Assembly: GCA_964187785.1 (NCBI GenBank)
Contig: CAXLNC010001087.1
Location: forward strand, 186,001-250,000
Reading direction: 5' to 3'
DNA length: 64,000 bases
Origin: Amphiscolops sp. MND2022
Lineage: Eukaryota
The notes below the pieces were generated by a model. That model was not told the origin of the DNA. It searched no databases and worked only from the letters and a program-made list of their open reading frames with translations. Below, one piece after another: positions 12,132 to 23,880 of this stretch (position 1 is its first letter; each line of letters begins with the position of its first letter). The translations under genes and the position numbers were made by a program.

Positions 12132-13047
12132 GACATTCTGACGGACCTGGAAAAGCACTTGGCATCACAAATGAAGCTCCTCAGATTGCCTGGTAAACAA
12201 GGTAAAGGAATTCCGGTGCTTCTCGATATAGCCTGCCAAAAGCTATTAAAGTTTCTCCTCGACGACGAAGACCTACAAAGCAATAAATTCTTATTTCAAA
12301 GTGGGCACAGACGACCCTACCAAAGTCACCATCTGCTGAATCAAATTACAAAAGAAGTCTCCCAGTTGGAAAAACCCGAAGTGTTAAGAGCAACAGCAAT
12401 GCGCAAGTACTGCGCCACAGCTCTTCAAATGATGGAACTCCCGAAGTATCAAAAATCGTGGGTCGCGGAGCACTTGGGCCACTCCCTGGGGATCCATGGG
12501 AAGTATTCTGTTATGCCTGTTCTGTATGCCTCTCGATTCTGTTGAAACTGCAAAAATAACGAAACTTTTGTACCTAATCGATCATTGTAAAATGAGTGAA
12601 GTGCGTGGCCTAAATTTAAACGAAGTGGATACCGTTATTAGCAGAGACAAAATACTTCAAAGTAGCGAAGAGAGTGACTATGTGGACCAATTGCCAGAAC
12701 TGTTTGACCGGGAAAACATGGATCGATGTTCCAAATATATTGATGATGAAGCCAACAGACCAGAAATAGTGCGCGGTTATTCCACAGTTGAGAAAGGAGA
12801 GCCCCTTGCCAGAGCCAGAAGGAAAGAAGGCAAAAGGTCATACTGGCCTCCCGACCAAGAGGCTAGAGTTATCGAGATTTTTCAGACCTTCATTGCCAGA
12901 CGACAATGCCCGAACAAAGTCCAATGTGAGAAATATTTGCATTTATTTCCTCATTGTCAAGGGAAGTACCAGCGGCTTAAAGAGAAAGTGAATAATTTGA
13001 TGTTAAAAGGGCAGCCCAGAGAGAAAAAAGAAACTTCCGATGAATGA
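12132..13047 (+). CDS. Exon 5: YR catalytic domain (GKQGK, ATAMRKY, LGH..HGKY) and C-terminal Myb/SANT-like helix-turn-helix
   Basis: LPGKQGKGIPVLL (Lys), LRATAMRKYCAT (HxxR equivalent), VAEHLGHSLGIHGKY (His, Tyr). A frameshift leads into MPLDSVETAKITKLL, then RSYWPPDQEARVIEIF...KVQCEKY...KYQRLKEKVNN. Confidence 0.8.
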
Positions 13048-13151
13048 ACGAATGACAGACCTTTAATTATTGGTATTTTTTTCATTGTTTTGAAAAGTGA
13101 CAGCATTTCATTTTTATTATTATGAAACAGGGGTATTTATTATCATTATTC

Positions 13152-13205
<54 letters not shown>
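13152..13205 (+). repeat. (ATT)n microsatellite tract A
   Basis: Pure att run preceded by degenerate units; abuts element E1. Confidence 0.97.
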
Positions 13206-15698
13206 GTATTATAGTACTCTCTATGGCTAAAAGCCCGTTAATAATAGGACTTTTTATGTCATACCCAGACTCTCTATGGCCAACCTCAAAAATTCAAACT
13301 TCTCAAAAAACTCTTCAAAACTTTTTCAGGACAATCAAATGGTTGGAAAACATTCTCTGTGGTGATAAGATTACAATTGCAAATAATTCCAAGTGTCTCA
13401 TTTCAGATTAGAATGGTTTTCAGGTCCCAAAACATTTTCAGCTTCTATTTCGGGATTATACGACTCTCTATGGTCATCCAGCGAGAGTATCAGATGCGAA
13501 TCGTAATGTGTGACGTAATTCAAGTGTGGTCTCATTTCTCATTGGCCAATCATTTTATGAATGATCAGAAGTTGTTCTCAGTCTATACACGCACTGTAGC
13601 AGTGTTACTGGCGTTTTACACCGCTTGCACTAAAATAACTATTAGACGTTCATTGTCAATCTAGTTACTATTAGACACTCTTTGTTATAAATTTGGTTAC
13701 ACATAGACACGTGGTGGTTTAAGAGATTTCGGCAGCTCAAATTTCAATTCAACAAAGTAACTGAAAACTCTGATTGAGGCAATTCAAAACTATCCAGTAA
13801 TTACCAGCAGTAAAAGGGTCACTCATTATCTATGTAGAGACTAAAATTTTACAGTAGCGTAAACGTTAACCATCTTACAATAAACTTTTTTGAAAACAAA
13901 CGCAGTATCTTCCTCATTTAATTTCAATTCGTTTACAATGTCTTTTACGTTGCCTTTCGACAGCTTTGCTCTCTTTGAAGCCACCATTCGACAAGCTCTT
14001 TTATACTCTTTTTCTAACGGGAAAGACTTTCGGTTACTGAATTTCAAAAGTTTTCTGGCTATTTCATCATACAATTCCTCATTTTTCATTCTTGTTTTGA
14101 TGTTTGTATCTTCAATTTTGACCACTTTTGCATTTCGCGGGGGTAGAAATTCTTTGTCGTTACCATCACCGTCGCTTTCAGAGTCGTCGTCTGTTTCGGA
14201 TTCGCTATTTTCATTCTTTTTTGAGACTTTTTTGACTTTTTTGCGTTTTTCACTTTTTTGACCAGTTTTCACTTGAACATTTTTGGACAAACTTTTTGAC
14301 GAACAAGCAATTAATTCATCTTGAGGCCCATCCTCATCTTCAGTAGTGTCAGCAGCTTCCTCAGAAGCAGTACTGGGAACTGTCAAAGTATAAATAATAA
14401 ACTGCTGAAAGTATATTGGCGATCTTTTTTCAAATCATCAAGACATTTGCCAACTAGTTCAGGTCTTTTCATGCTGTGTGTGCCTCTGAAAAACTTTGCA
14501 ATTGCGTCGAATTGGAAATTTGCAAGTGGTCGTTTCATTTTTTCAATGCAATAATCGCGATATTTGTTTAGCAATTCGCCGCCCCTCTCGGATAGGACAC
14601 CTTTTTCTTTCATGTATTTGATGATTTCGGCTGGAAATGTATTGCAATTGTCTCGGGTGATGTTTTTGACTGAATGTTGAGGGAATTGACTCAAATGTCG
14701 CTGACGATGAGTGAATCGGTATACACATTCTGCGCATTCGTACACGGGACTTTTGGCATTTTTAGTTGAAAACACACTCAAAATGAAACGTAGGTGGACA
14801 CCGGTCCATTTGTGGCTCTTTACTAAATGCTGACGAAGGAATTTGACTTTTTTTGGACAGATAGGACACTGAATTTCACCAGATTGTTTTGGTTTGACTC
14901 CGCGTTTCACTGTTTTTGGCTCGACCGGTATCGTTGACGGCCCTTGTTCGGTCTCAGACACTTCGGGGGGTATTTCGTCATGACTATGGGTGGCTTCAAA
15001 GGGGGAATTGTCTGTCTTTTTAGGGGAAAACAGGAGAAAATCATTTTCCACGATTTCGTCGAGCTCTGGCATGATGGACTGTGATCCAGCTAAATCGTCT
15101 ATTATAGCCTGTGTAAGAGGCCCTGGTGTTGGTAAACCGAAACTCGAGTCTAAATTTAAGTTTTCTGGACTAGATGCTGGCAATTCTGATTGTTCGAAGT
15201 CTTTTTCTGAAGCATTTTTAATTCTTCTACCGGATCTAAGTACTCTAGCCATTACGTGTCTATATGTAACCAAAAGGTGATCAAAGAGTGATTATAGGAA
15301 ATTTAAAATTTTTGAAAAGAAATTGGAAGCAAGCGCAATGATTCGTATTGAATGCAGTGTTGAAATGAATGTTATGTCATCCGGATGCTTTGTATAAATT
15401 ACAGTTGTCTGATTACGTCACACAGGTATTGGTATTGGCGGGAATGGTGATTACGTCACTAGCCAGAGAGTGTCTAATTACGTCATCGTTATTTACCAGT
15501 TCCGCCTATGCGACGAGGCTGCGCAAGTGCATGCGGCAATCATTTCCGGAATGCTTTTGAGTGAATACCTTTCCGTAATGCTGGAAGTTTCCTACATGTG
15601 ACTTTTTGTAAAACCACTCTATGGCTAACCTGAATTCAGGGCTTGGACACTCTATGGCCAGAAAATTGGCCGTTGCTTAAACCATAGAGCCTCCCACA
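13206..15698 (-). mobile_element. E1: internally deleted twin of YR element E2
   Basis: Appears identical to 15745-19072 (offset 2539, then 3374) except that ~850 bp of the catalytic domain is replaced by the filler ataaataataaact at ~14385-14398. Confidence 0.92.
13841..15252 (-). pseudogene. Deleted ZnF-YR ORF lacking the catalytic domain
   Basis: ORFs 14383-15273 and 13841-14386 match the N- and C-terminal parts of the 755-aa ORF in E2. Confidence 0.9.

Positions 15699-15744
<46 letters not shown>
15699..15744 (+). repeat. (ATT)n tract B
   Basis: Pure att run between E1 and E2. Confidence 0.97.
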
Positions 15745-18700
15745 GTATTATAGTACTCTCTATGGCTAAAAGCCCGTTAATAATAGGACTTTTTATGTCA
15801 TACCCAGACTCTCTATGGCCAACCTCAAAAATTCAAACTTCTCAAAAAACTCTTCAAAACTTTTTCAGGACAATCAAATGGTTGGAAAACATTCTCTGTG
15901 GTGATAAGATTACAATTGCAAATAATTCCAAGTGTCTCATTTCAGATTAGAATGGTTTTCAGGTCCCAAAACATTTTCAGCTTCTATTTCGGGATTATAC
16001 GACTCTCTATGGTCATCCAGCGAGAGTATCAGATGCGAATCGTAATGTGTGACGTAATTCAAGTGTGGTCTCATTTCTCATTGGCCAATCATTTTATGAA
16101 TGATCAGAAGTTGTTCTCAGTCTATACACGCACTGTAGCAGTGTTACTGGCGTTTTACACCGCTTGCACTAAAATAACTATTAGACGTTCATTGTCAATC
16201 TAGTTACTATTAGACACTCTTTGTTATAAATTTGGTTACACATAGACACGTGGTGGTTTAAGAGATTTCGGCAGCTCAAATTTCAATTCAACAAAGTAAC
16301 TGAAAACTCTGATTGAGGCAATTCAAAACTATCCAGTAATTACCAGCAGTAAAAGGGTCACTCATTATCTATGTAGAGACTAAAATTTTACAGTAGCGTA
16401 AACGTTAACCATCTTACAATAAACTTTTTTGAAAACAAACGCAGTATCTTCCTCATTTAATTTCAATTCGTTTACAATGTCTTTTACGTTGCCTTTCGAC
16501 AGCTTTGCTCTCTTTGAAGCCACCATTCGACAAGCTCTTTTATACTCTTTTTCTAACGGGAAAGACTTTCGGTTACTGAATTTCAAAAGTTTTCTGGCTA
16601 TTTCATCATACAATTCCTCATTTTTCATTCTTGTTTTGATGTTTGTATCTTCAATTTTGACCACTTTTGCATTTCGCGGGGGTAGAAATTCTTTGTCGTT
16701 ACCATCACCGTCGCTTTCAGAGTCGTCGTCTGTTTCGGATTCGCTATTTTCATTCTTTTTTGAGACTTTTTTGACTTTTTTGCGTTTTTCACTTTTTTGA
16801 CCAGTTTTCACTTGAACATTTTTGGACAAACTTTTTGACGAACAAGCAATTAATTCATCTTGAGGCCCATCCTCATCTTCAGTAGTGTCAGCAGCTTCCT
16901 CAGAAGCAGTACTGGGAACTGTCAAAGTTATTTCTGAAGGTTTTTCGGCGCGTTTTTTTCGAAATTGAACCCGGATATCATTTGTGGCATCGAATAGGTT
17001 TTGTAGCTCCATATCTGTTGGGGGCACTACATAGTGTTTCTCACGCGTCTTTTCAGAGTGTGCCGAATTAGCCTCGAATATTTTGCGGAGATTTGCCGGA
17101 ATTTTTTGCTTGTTTTTCTCATAAAAAGTCTCCCAAACTTTTCTGCATGAATTCGGGTTGAATTTTTCGTCTTTTTTGCCAAATAAATTTTTCATTAGAC
17201 GGCTGATTGTGGCCGATTGCGACGTGAATTCATTATCATCGTGGCCGGGAAAAATTGTTGTCGGTTTGATACCAAATTTTTCTTCGTATTCGCTGTGAAG
17301 TTCTTGCAAAACTTTCTTTTCAAAAGCTGTTATATAGGCGTAGTTGGTGAATAAACTTCCGGTTTTATGGTCATTAGAGCGAATAAAGGTCCCTGGTTCA
17401 TATGCGTCAAGTTGTTCGGTCGTAAAAGACAACAAAATACCAACACGGCAATTGGCTCGTGAGTGAATCTGGAATAATACCAGCGACAATTTTTCGAATA
17501 CCGTCAATGTATGCCATGGCGAGTCTAATTCTAATTTGTTTTCAATGAAATTTTCCACCTTGTCTTGGATCTCACAAAGCGATTCCATGGTGGGAATTTG
17601 TGCAAATCGTTCCTGTTTTCGCTTTGACTGTTCTTTAAGGCAGTCCTTAGAAGTCTCACTGAGCCACAAATTGATCGAGTCGTCAAAACTGACCTTGTTT
17701 ATTCGATAAGATTTTTGATAGCCGGCATTCATCCACTTTATGAACTGTTTGATGTCAAAACAAATTTTTCGTACTGAGCTGAAAGTATATTGGCGATCTT
17801 TTTTCAAATCATCAAGACATTTGCCAACTAGTTCAGGTCTTTTCATGCTGTGTGTGCCTCTGAAAAACTTTGCAATTGCGTCGAATTGGAAATTTGCAAG
17901 TGGTCGTTTCATTTTTTCAATGCAATAATCGCGATATTTGTTTAGCAATTCGCCGCCCCTCTCGGATAGGACACCTTTTTCTTTCATGTATTTGATGATT
18001 TCGGCTGGAAATGTATTGCAATTGTCTCGGGTGATGTTTTTGACTGAATGTTGAGGGAATTGACTCAAATGTCGCTGACGATGAGTGAATCGGTATACAC
18101 ATTCTGCGCATTCGTACACGGGACTTTTGGCATTTTTAGTTGAAAACACACTCAAAATGAAACGTAGGTGGACACCGGTCCATTTGTGGCTCTTTACTAA
18201 ATGCTGACGAAGGAATTTGACTTTTTTTGGACAGATAGGACACTGAATTTCACCAGATTGTTTTGGTTTGACTCCGCGTTTCACTGTTTTTGGCTCGACC
18301 GGTATCGTTGACGGCCCTTGTTCGGTCTCAGACACTTCGGGGGGTATTTCGTCATGACTATGGGTGGCTTCAAAGGGGGAATTGTCTGTCTTTTTAGGGG
18401 AAAACAGGAGAAAATCATTTTCCACGATTTCGTCGAGCTCTGGCATGATGGACTGTGATCCAGCTAAATCGTCTATTATAGCCTGTGTAAGAGGCCCTGG
18501 TGTTGGTAAACCGAAACTCGAGTCTAAATTTAAGTTTTCTGGACTAGATGCTGGCAATTCTGATTGTTCGAAGTCTTTTTCTGAAGCATTTTTAATTCTT
18601 CTACCGGATCTAAGTACTCTAGCCATTACGTGTCTATATGTAACCAAAAGGTGATCAAAGAGTGATTATAGGAAATTTAAAATTTTTGAAAAGAAATTGG

Positions 18701-19072
18701 AAGCAAGCGCAATGATTCGTATTGAATGCAGTGTTGAAATGAATGTTATGTCATCCGGATGCTTTGTATAAATTACAGTTGTCTGATTACGTCACACAGG
18801 TATTGGTATTGGCGGGAATGGTGATTACGTCACTAGCCAGAGAGTGTCTAATTACGTCATCGTTATTTACCAGTTCCGCCTATGCGACGAGGCTGCGCAA
18901 GTGCATGCGGCAATCATTTCCGGAATGCTTTTGAGTGAATACCTTTCCGTAATGCTGGAAGTTTCCTACATGTGACTTTTTGTAAAACCACTCTATGGCT
19001 AACCTGAATTCAGGGCTTGGACACTCTATGGCCAGAAAATTGGCCGTTGCTTAAACCATAGAGCCTCCCACA
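15745..19072 (-). mobile_element. E2: apparently autonomous 3.3-kb YR (Crypton-like) DNA transposon bounded by (ATT)n
   Basis: Single intact YR ORF. The left end has iterated ctctctatgg; the right end has two ctctatgg plus one opposing ccatagag. (ATT)n lies on both sides. No RT. Confidence 0.85.
16380..18626 (-). CDS. ~748-aa protein: acidic N-terminus, two C2H2-like zinc fingers, SAM-like core-binding region, tyrosine recombinase catalytic domain, charged C-terminus
   Basis: First ATG at 18626. CPICPKKVKFLRQHLVKSH and CAECVYRFTHRQRH; QYTFSSVRKICFDIKQFIKW; ANCRVG (Arg), DHKTG (Lys), NPNSCRKVWET (HxxR equivalent), SAHSEKTREKHY (His, Tyr). Confidence 0.88.
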   Translation of the reverse strand: MARVLRSGRRIKNASEKDFEQSELPASSPENLNLDSSFGLPTPGPLTQAIIDDLAGSQSIMPELDEIVENDFLLFSPKKTDNSPFEATHSHDEIPPEVSETEQGPSTIPVEPKTVKRGVKPKQSGEIQCPICPKKVKFLRQHLVKSHKWTGVHLRFILSVFSTKNAKSPVYECAECVYRFTHRQRHLSQFPQHSVKNITRDNCNTFPAEIIKYMKEKGVLSERGGELLNKYRDYCIEKMKRPLANFQFDAIAKFFRGTHSMKRPELVGKCLDDLKKDRQYTFSSVRKICFDIKQFIKWMNAGYQKSYRINKVSFDDSINLWLSETSKDCLKEQSKRKQERFAQIPTMESLCEIQDKVENFIENKLELDSPWHTLTVFEKLSLVLFQIHSRANCRVGILLSFTTEQLDAYEPGTFIRSNDHKTGSLFTNYAYITAFEKKVLQELHSEYEEKFGIKPTTIFPGHDDNEFTSQSATISRLMKNLFGKKDEKFNPNSCRKVWETFYEKNKQKIPANLRKIFEANSAHSEKTREKHYVVPPTDMELQNLFDATNDIRVQFRKKRAEKPSEITLTVPSTASEEAADTTEDEDGPQDELIACSSKSLSKNVQVKTGQKSEKRKKVKKVSKKNENSESETDDDSESDGDGNDKEFLPPRNAKVVKIEDTNIKTRMKNEELYDEIARKLLKFSNRKSFPLEKEYKRACRMVASKRAKLSKGNVKDIVNELKLNEEDTAFVFKKVYCKMVNVYATVKF

Positions 19073-19134
<62 letters not shown>
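19073..19134 (+). repeat. (ATT)n tract C
   Basis: Pure att run between E2 and E3. Confidence 0.97.
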
Positions 19135-19137
<3 letters not shown>

Positions 19138-22100
19138 ACGCAGTGCCAAATAACCCCACAGTTGTATTTTAGCGCATACCAAATACCACCAGCTGAGGGG
19201 TTATTTGGGGAGTAGTTTGGCATGACCCTGAATTTCCACTTCCACGGGTCGTAGGAAAGCGAAATTTAGGGAAGCAGCTGAAAACCCTTGAAAAAGACAT
19301 TTGACAAACTTTGAACGAAGTTGATCGCGTAATTCCTTAATTATTAAGGTCCCTTTCCCAATACCAAATAACCCCCTTTCAGATAATCTCAAGGACAAAC
19401 TACACCCTGAGTATTATTGCATTATTATGGCGCCTCGTCGTTATCTAAGACAGTCAAGCCAATTACCACACGCAATATTGGTATCCAAGAAGTTCTACGT
19501 AGTACCGTATTTATACTGCTTGAAGTTTTCCACCAACGCAAGAAATGCCAAATTACTCCTTTTTAGTCCTATTTTGATGAACAATATTTCGTGTAATTTC
19601 ACTTTAAATCTGATACCGAAGTGCAAAAAGTTGTTCAACTATTATTCAGGTATGCAATTCGATCGGTTCCTGAAGCAACAGTGTCCTTGTTTTCAATGAA
19701 CCTCATACCTTTTTACATACTATAACATCTGATCAATTGATTAAACTTCATTCGCTTTACACTCCCTAAAAGCCAGAGGTGAGCTTTTAGTCACGCGAAA
19801 GCAGAAACATACATTTCGGTGGTAGTCTTTTTAACAATTGTTTATCACGTCTTTTACTTCAAAAGTGTAACTAAATTTCTGCATTCCTTCGTTTCTGTTA
19901 AATTTCGTATCGTTACTGTTAATTCCCCCACAGTAAGCGAGCGGGGGAATTAAATCGGGGGGGGGGGGAAATAACCGAAGATATCCAAACTTTCTCGTAA
20001 ACAATTTTTCTTTTTTGTTATTTGAAACTAATTAAGGAACTAAAGGACTTAAAGGAATTAAGGAACAAGTTGGTCGTATTAATCTGCAAAGTTTGTCAAA
20101 GATAATCTCGATTCTTGTGATCGCAAATCAATTCGTCAAATTTTTGTGGTGGTGCTATAAACTCTTTGTTTCATAGAACCAACCGCAAAATCCAGTCAGA
20201 ATAGAAATTCATTGATAACTTAAAAAATGATGTTGCTTTTCAGAAATTGTAGAAAGTTTCAGATTCAATTGTAATAATTTTCTCTTGAGCTATCCAATTC
20301 TGCAACCTAATTATGTGATGATCACATATCGATGCTAACAGCCAATAAAATGGCGGTGTTTCCATACTGGTTCATACAGTGTATTTGTTTTACATGTACT
20401 AACTCTAACTGCAACTCTGGGGGTTTGAATAGGCACCTGCAACACTATTCAGCTGTAAAATTATTTTTGTATTTTTGCTCCTCTTTGTATTTGGTACGTA
20501 ATAATTTCGCAGAAAGCCATTTTGACGTTACTCACGCTAGAAAGCTGGAAGACTTTGTGACGTTAGTTTGTCAAATTTTCTATAACTATTGAATTAGTTG
20601 GCTTATTTCCATCATTCAATGAAGTTTCTCTTCCGCGTGACAAACGTCAAAAATTAGTTGGTTCAGGAATTTGAATTTCAAATACAAAACAACGTATAAA
20701 CTACCTAACTAAAACATTTCTATAGTTTAATCCTTTCCAAATAGTAGTTGTATCAAGTTGAATTTTTATTTTTCCAAGAATAATTACCTGTCGTATTGCA
20801 GCATTCATTTGGGAGCATATACTGTTTTCCACATTAGGTAAAAAAGATCAAAAATTCTGTCGAGATGAATACGAAAAATCAACCTCTATTTTGAATACGA
20901 GAGGACAAATAACTCCTATACTTATTAGCAGCGGACAAATAGCCCCCTATTTTAAAAATACCAGAGGACAAGTAACTCCAATATTTAATATCAGAGGACA
21001 AATAACCCCCGCATCAAAAATGCCAGAGGACAAGTAACTCCGTTTTTAATATCAGAGGACAAATAACCCCCGCATTAAGAACCAAAGGACAAACAACTCC
21101 AATATTTAATATCAGAGGACAATTTTTGAAGACATGCACAACTGCCTTTTCTTATTGGCCAATAGTTTCACCACTTAAATTCAGTTCAGCTTGTCAGTCG
21201 GGTGAAATGCATTTTAAATAAATAAATTTCACCGCAAACGATATCGCATAAGTCTTAATGAACCTTCCTGCGAGAAGATTGTAACCTGAATTGGGTTATA
21301 ATTATTTCTCCCAGGTACACCTTGTTTGTGATTCCCCCAACACGAAAGCACATTTTTATTGAGTGAATTCCCAAACAACATAGGAGCAAATAACTCAAAA
21401 CAAAATTTGTTTCAAATAACATAAAAATGAAATGAGTTTTACCAAACATAAAAATAGAATTGTTTACGAGAATGTTTTACTGGTCAAAATTATTCACAAT
21501 TCAAAAGATTCACTGGAAAATTTTTGAAAAAAACAAGTAAAATTTTGTGAATTTGATTATTGAAAAAGGTATTCGGTTTTATTTTTATGCTATTTGAAAT
21601 TAATTTCATTTTTATGTTATTTGAAAACAATTTTGTTCTTATGTTATTCGTTTTTATGTTTTTTGGTACTTAATCTTTTTATTGATGTTCATATGAGTGA
21701 AACACTTTTGAACAATAAAATCTTCTTCCGTGTTGAGGGGCTGGTTCGTAACAAAGTGTAACTCATGGGGAAACATGAATATTTTAACCAAACTCTTTGA
21801 TTCGATTTTTCTACACAACTGATAACTAAATCCAAAAATACTTTATAACAGTTTGTGTAAAAATTGAACTGAGGAAATATTTTGTTTTACATCCCTGGAA
21901 CTGACCACAAAGAAATGATTTTGCTTTTTTTGAAAAAATTGTGAAAAGTAACCCATTCATAGTTACGTTTCCCGTACTTGTTTCTCCAGAGTTTTCAATG
22001 ATAGTTGGTTTCAAGGTTATACTAACCTTCAATGTTATAACGTCTAATGAGCAAGGCCAAGTAATGCAAATTTTAGTAGCAAACTTAATTTTGCTAGCTG

Positions 22101-23812
22101 TTGGAAAGTTGTGAATGAGATGCAAACAACACTGCTAAACGTAGCAAGACTTTTTGACCATAGTCACGCTATAATGCAGAAACGGACTTTTTGAAACTGA
22201 ACATATGTAGATTTGTAGATTTGTAATTATGATTACCACTAGTTTTATGAGATTGCGCGTGACCAATGTCAAAAAAATACCAAATGCTAAATACGTGTGA
22301 TAAACCTCAAAAATGTAGTTTGGTCACTAACTGCACCTTTTTGAACTAGGGGGCTTAAAAGAATGGATCTTTAATCAATAATACAGAGAAATTCAGTTTA
22401 AATGTTTTTCGAGACTCCCAATTGAATGTATCATTGCATTTATGGTATCAACAAGTCATAAAGAAAGTTTCTCCGAACGAAAGCATTGAAAAAATGATAA
22501 TAATTGCCAAAATTGAATCAAACTTACACATCCTATTAGGCTGTCAATGGAAACCATTTTTGAATTCAAGTACTGATAATTAACCCCCCCCCCCCCCCCC
22601 GAATCAGAATCATATGTTCTTTCGTACATTTTATCAAGGATGCTAGTAAAATTCGAAGATGTTTCCCCATTCTAACAAGATCGGTGCAATAACAGTGGAT
22701 AAACCTACCTAACGAAGTGCTTATATCTATTTGTTTGTTTTGTTATATCCATAATTCTTGTTTACTTCGAATTAATCATTAGACTAGTTTAGTGAAAAAT
22801 TTTTTATGCTGTATCGCTGTCAATTTTCAATGAAGTTCGATTTTGGGTATGAATTGTATTGATACATATGGGGTAGGCACCATTCAATTTCCCAATAATT
22901 GAAGTACCTGTTTTGTTGTTTAAAAACAAAACGAAATTTGCCGGTACTTTTTAAAAAACGACATGTTCAAATGTGATTGGTTGCCGCATTCGCCAATGAT
23001 TTCACACTTCAACCCCCCCCCCCCCCACAACACGACCAAAGCACATTCGGGACAAATTCCGTAAAATAATTTTCATTTGCGGTTAAACATATATGCCCTT
23101 ATTTCATTTATTAATAATTTGTATCATTAATTGGAATAAAATCATTCACCTGTGAATGAATTTATTGTATCTAGGCTGAAATTGATTGTTAATTTCTGCG
23201 GCAGTATGAGTTCGAAGCAACATTTTCCGGACACAATGGTGCTCTAAAAAATTGTTTGATGGTCCCTATCAATATGCCCAGTCAAATTGTAATTTTGATT
23301 TGTATCCTGTTAAATTCCCCCCATCTGGCATAATGGCTCGAAAGTTTTTCCCCCATTAGGTTTCCAATGAATTTTTTGCAAAATTTATCTAAGGATTTTT
23401 TGTTAAAAGTTGCCAATTTTGTTCTCCTTGGGGAAAAGCTCGCTAAGGGAATTGTAGAAAAGGCCCAAAAACTCCTAGCAAATTTATCTCATGATTGTGA
23501 ATTTGCTAGTACTGAATTTCAGTGCCTATATCTAGATTCGTTATGTGGTAAAAAACTGGAGTTGTATGGCAACATATCAGTTTTACTAGCACTAGTAGTC
23601 TTTTTGCATTTCCAAGGGTTCAAATGGATTGCGGAAAACTGTCTCACGGGATATTCGCAAGGACGAACAGCCCCTTTGGAAGCTATCTACGCATACCAAA
23701 TAACCCTCTTAATACTTTAATACTAAAAGTGTAACTTGGTACTGCTATTAACTCAGTGGTGTCATTTGTCCTGCGCAGTGTAATATTGAGTGTAGTTTGG
23801 CATTGCGATTAC
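19135..23812. mobile_element. E3: 4.7-kb non-coding element with imperfect TIRs, bounded by (ATT)n
   Basis: Left end aacgcagtgccaaata vs reverse complement of right end atcgcaatgccaaact. The caaataaccc motif is iterated near both ends (19146, ~19200 inverted, 19366, 23698). Confidence 0.65.
20900..21122 (+). repeat. ~30-bp minisatellite (8 agaggacaa(a/g)taac(t/c)cc heads)
   Basis: Heads recur about every 30-31 bp with alternating spacer variants. Confidence 0.85.

Positions 23813-23879
<67 letters not shown>
23813..23879 (+). repeat. (ATT)n tract D
   Basis: Pure att run between E3 and E4. Confidence 0.97.

Positions 23880-23880
<1 letters not shown>

Larger units (their letters stand above)
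3100..13047 (+). pseudogene. Five-exon SET domain + zinc finger + tyrosine recombinase + Myb/SANT-like gene (~1300 aa), disabled
   Basis: Inferred exons 3100-3499, 4063-5091, 5397-6136, 10990-11876 and 12132-13047 join in frame (ISI|GDELRYNYG; REKK|GILVPVRLPP; FHRG|DILTDLEK). Lesions: TAG at 3127, probable GT>GG donor change at 5092, frameshift near 5965, and a small duplication/frameshift at ~12510-12535. Confidence 0.8.
3100..13151 (+). mobile_element. Probable Crypton-like YR DNA transposon carrying a SET domain; true termini not defined
   Basis: Eukaryotic, intron-containing YR gene with no RT. It ends ~100 bp before the first (ATT)n tract of the element train. The left end was not identified. 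Confidence 0.55.

Noticed and set aside
23367-23720. 117-aa ORF in E3 (also 21826-22125)
   Set aside because: No motif, no similarity to the YR proteins in the window, and the composition fits chance ORFs.
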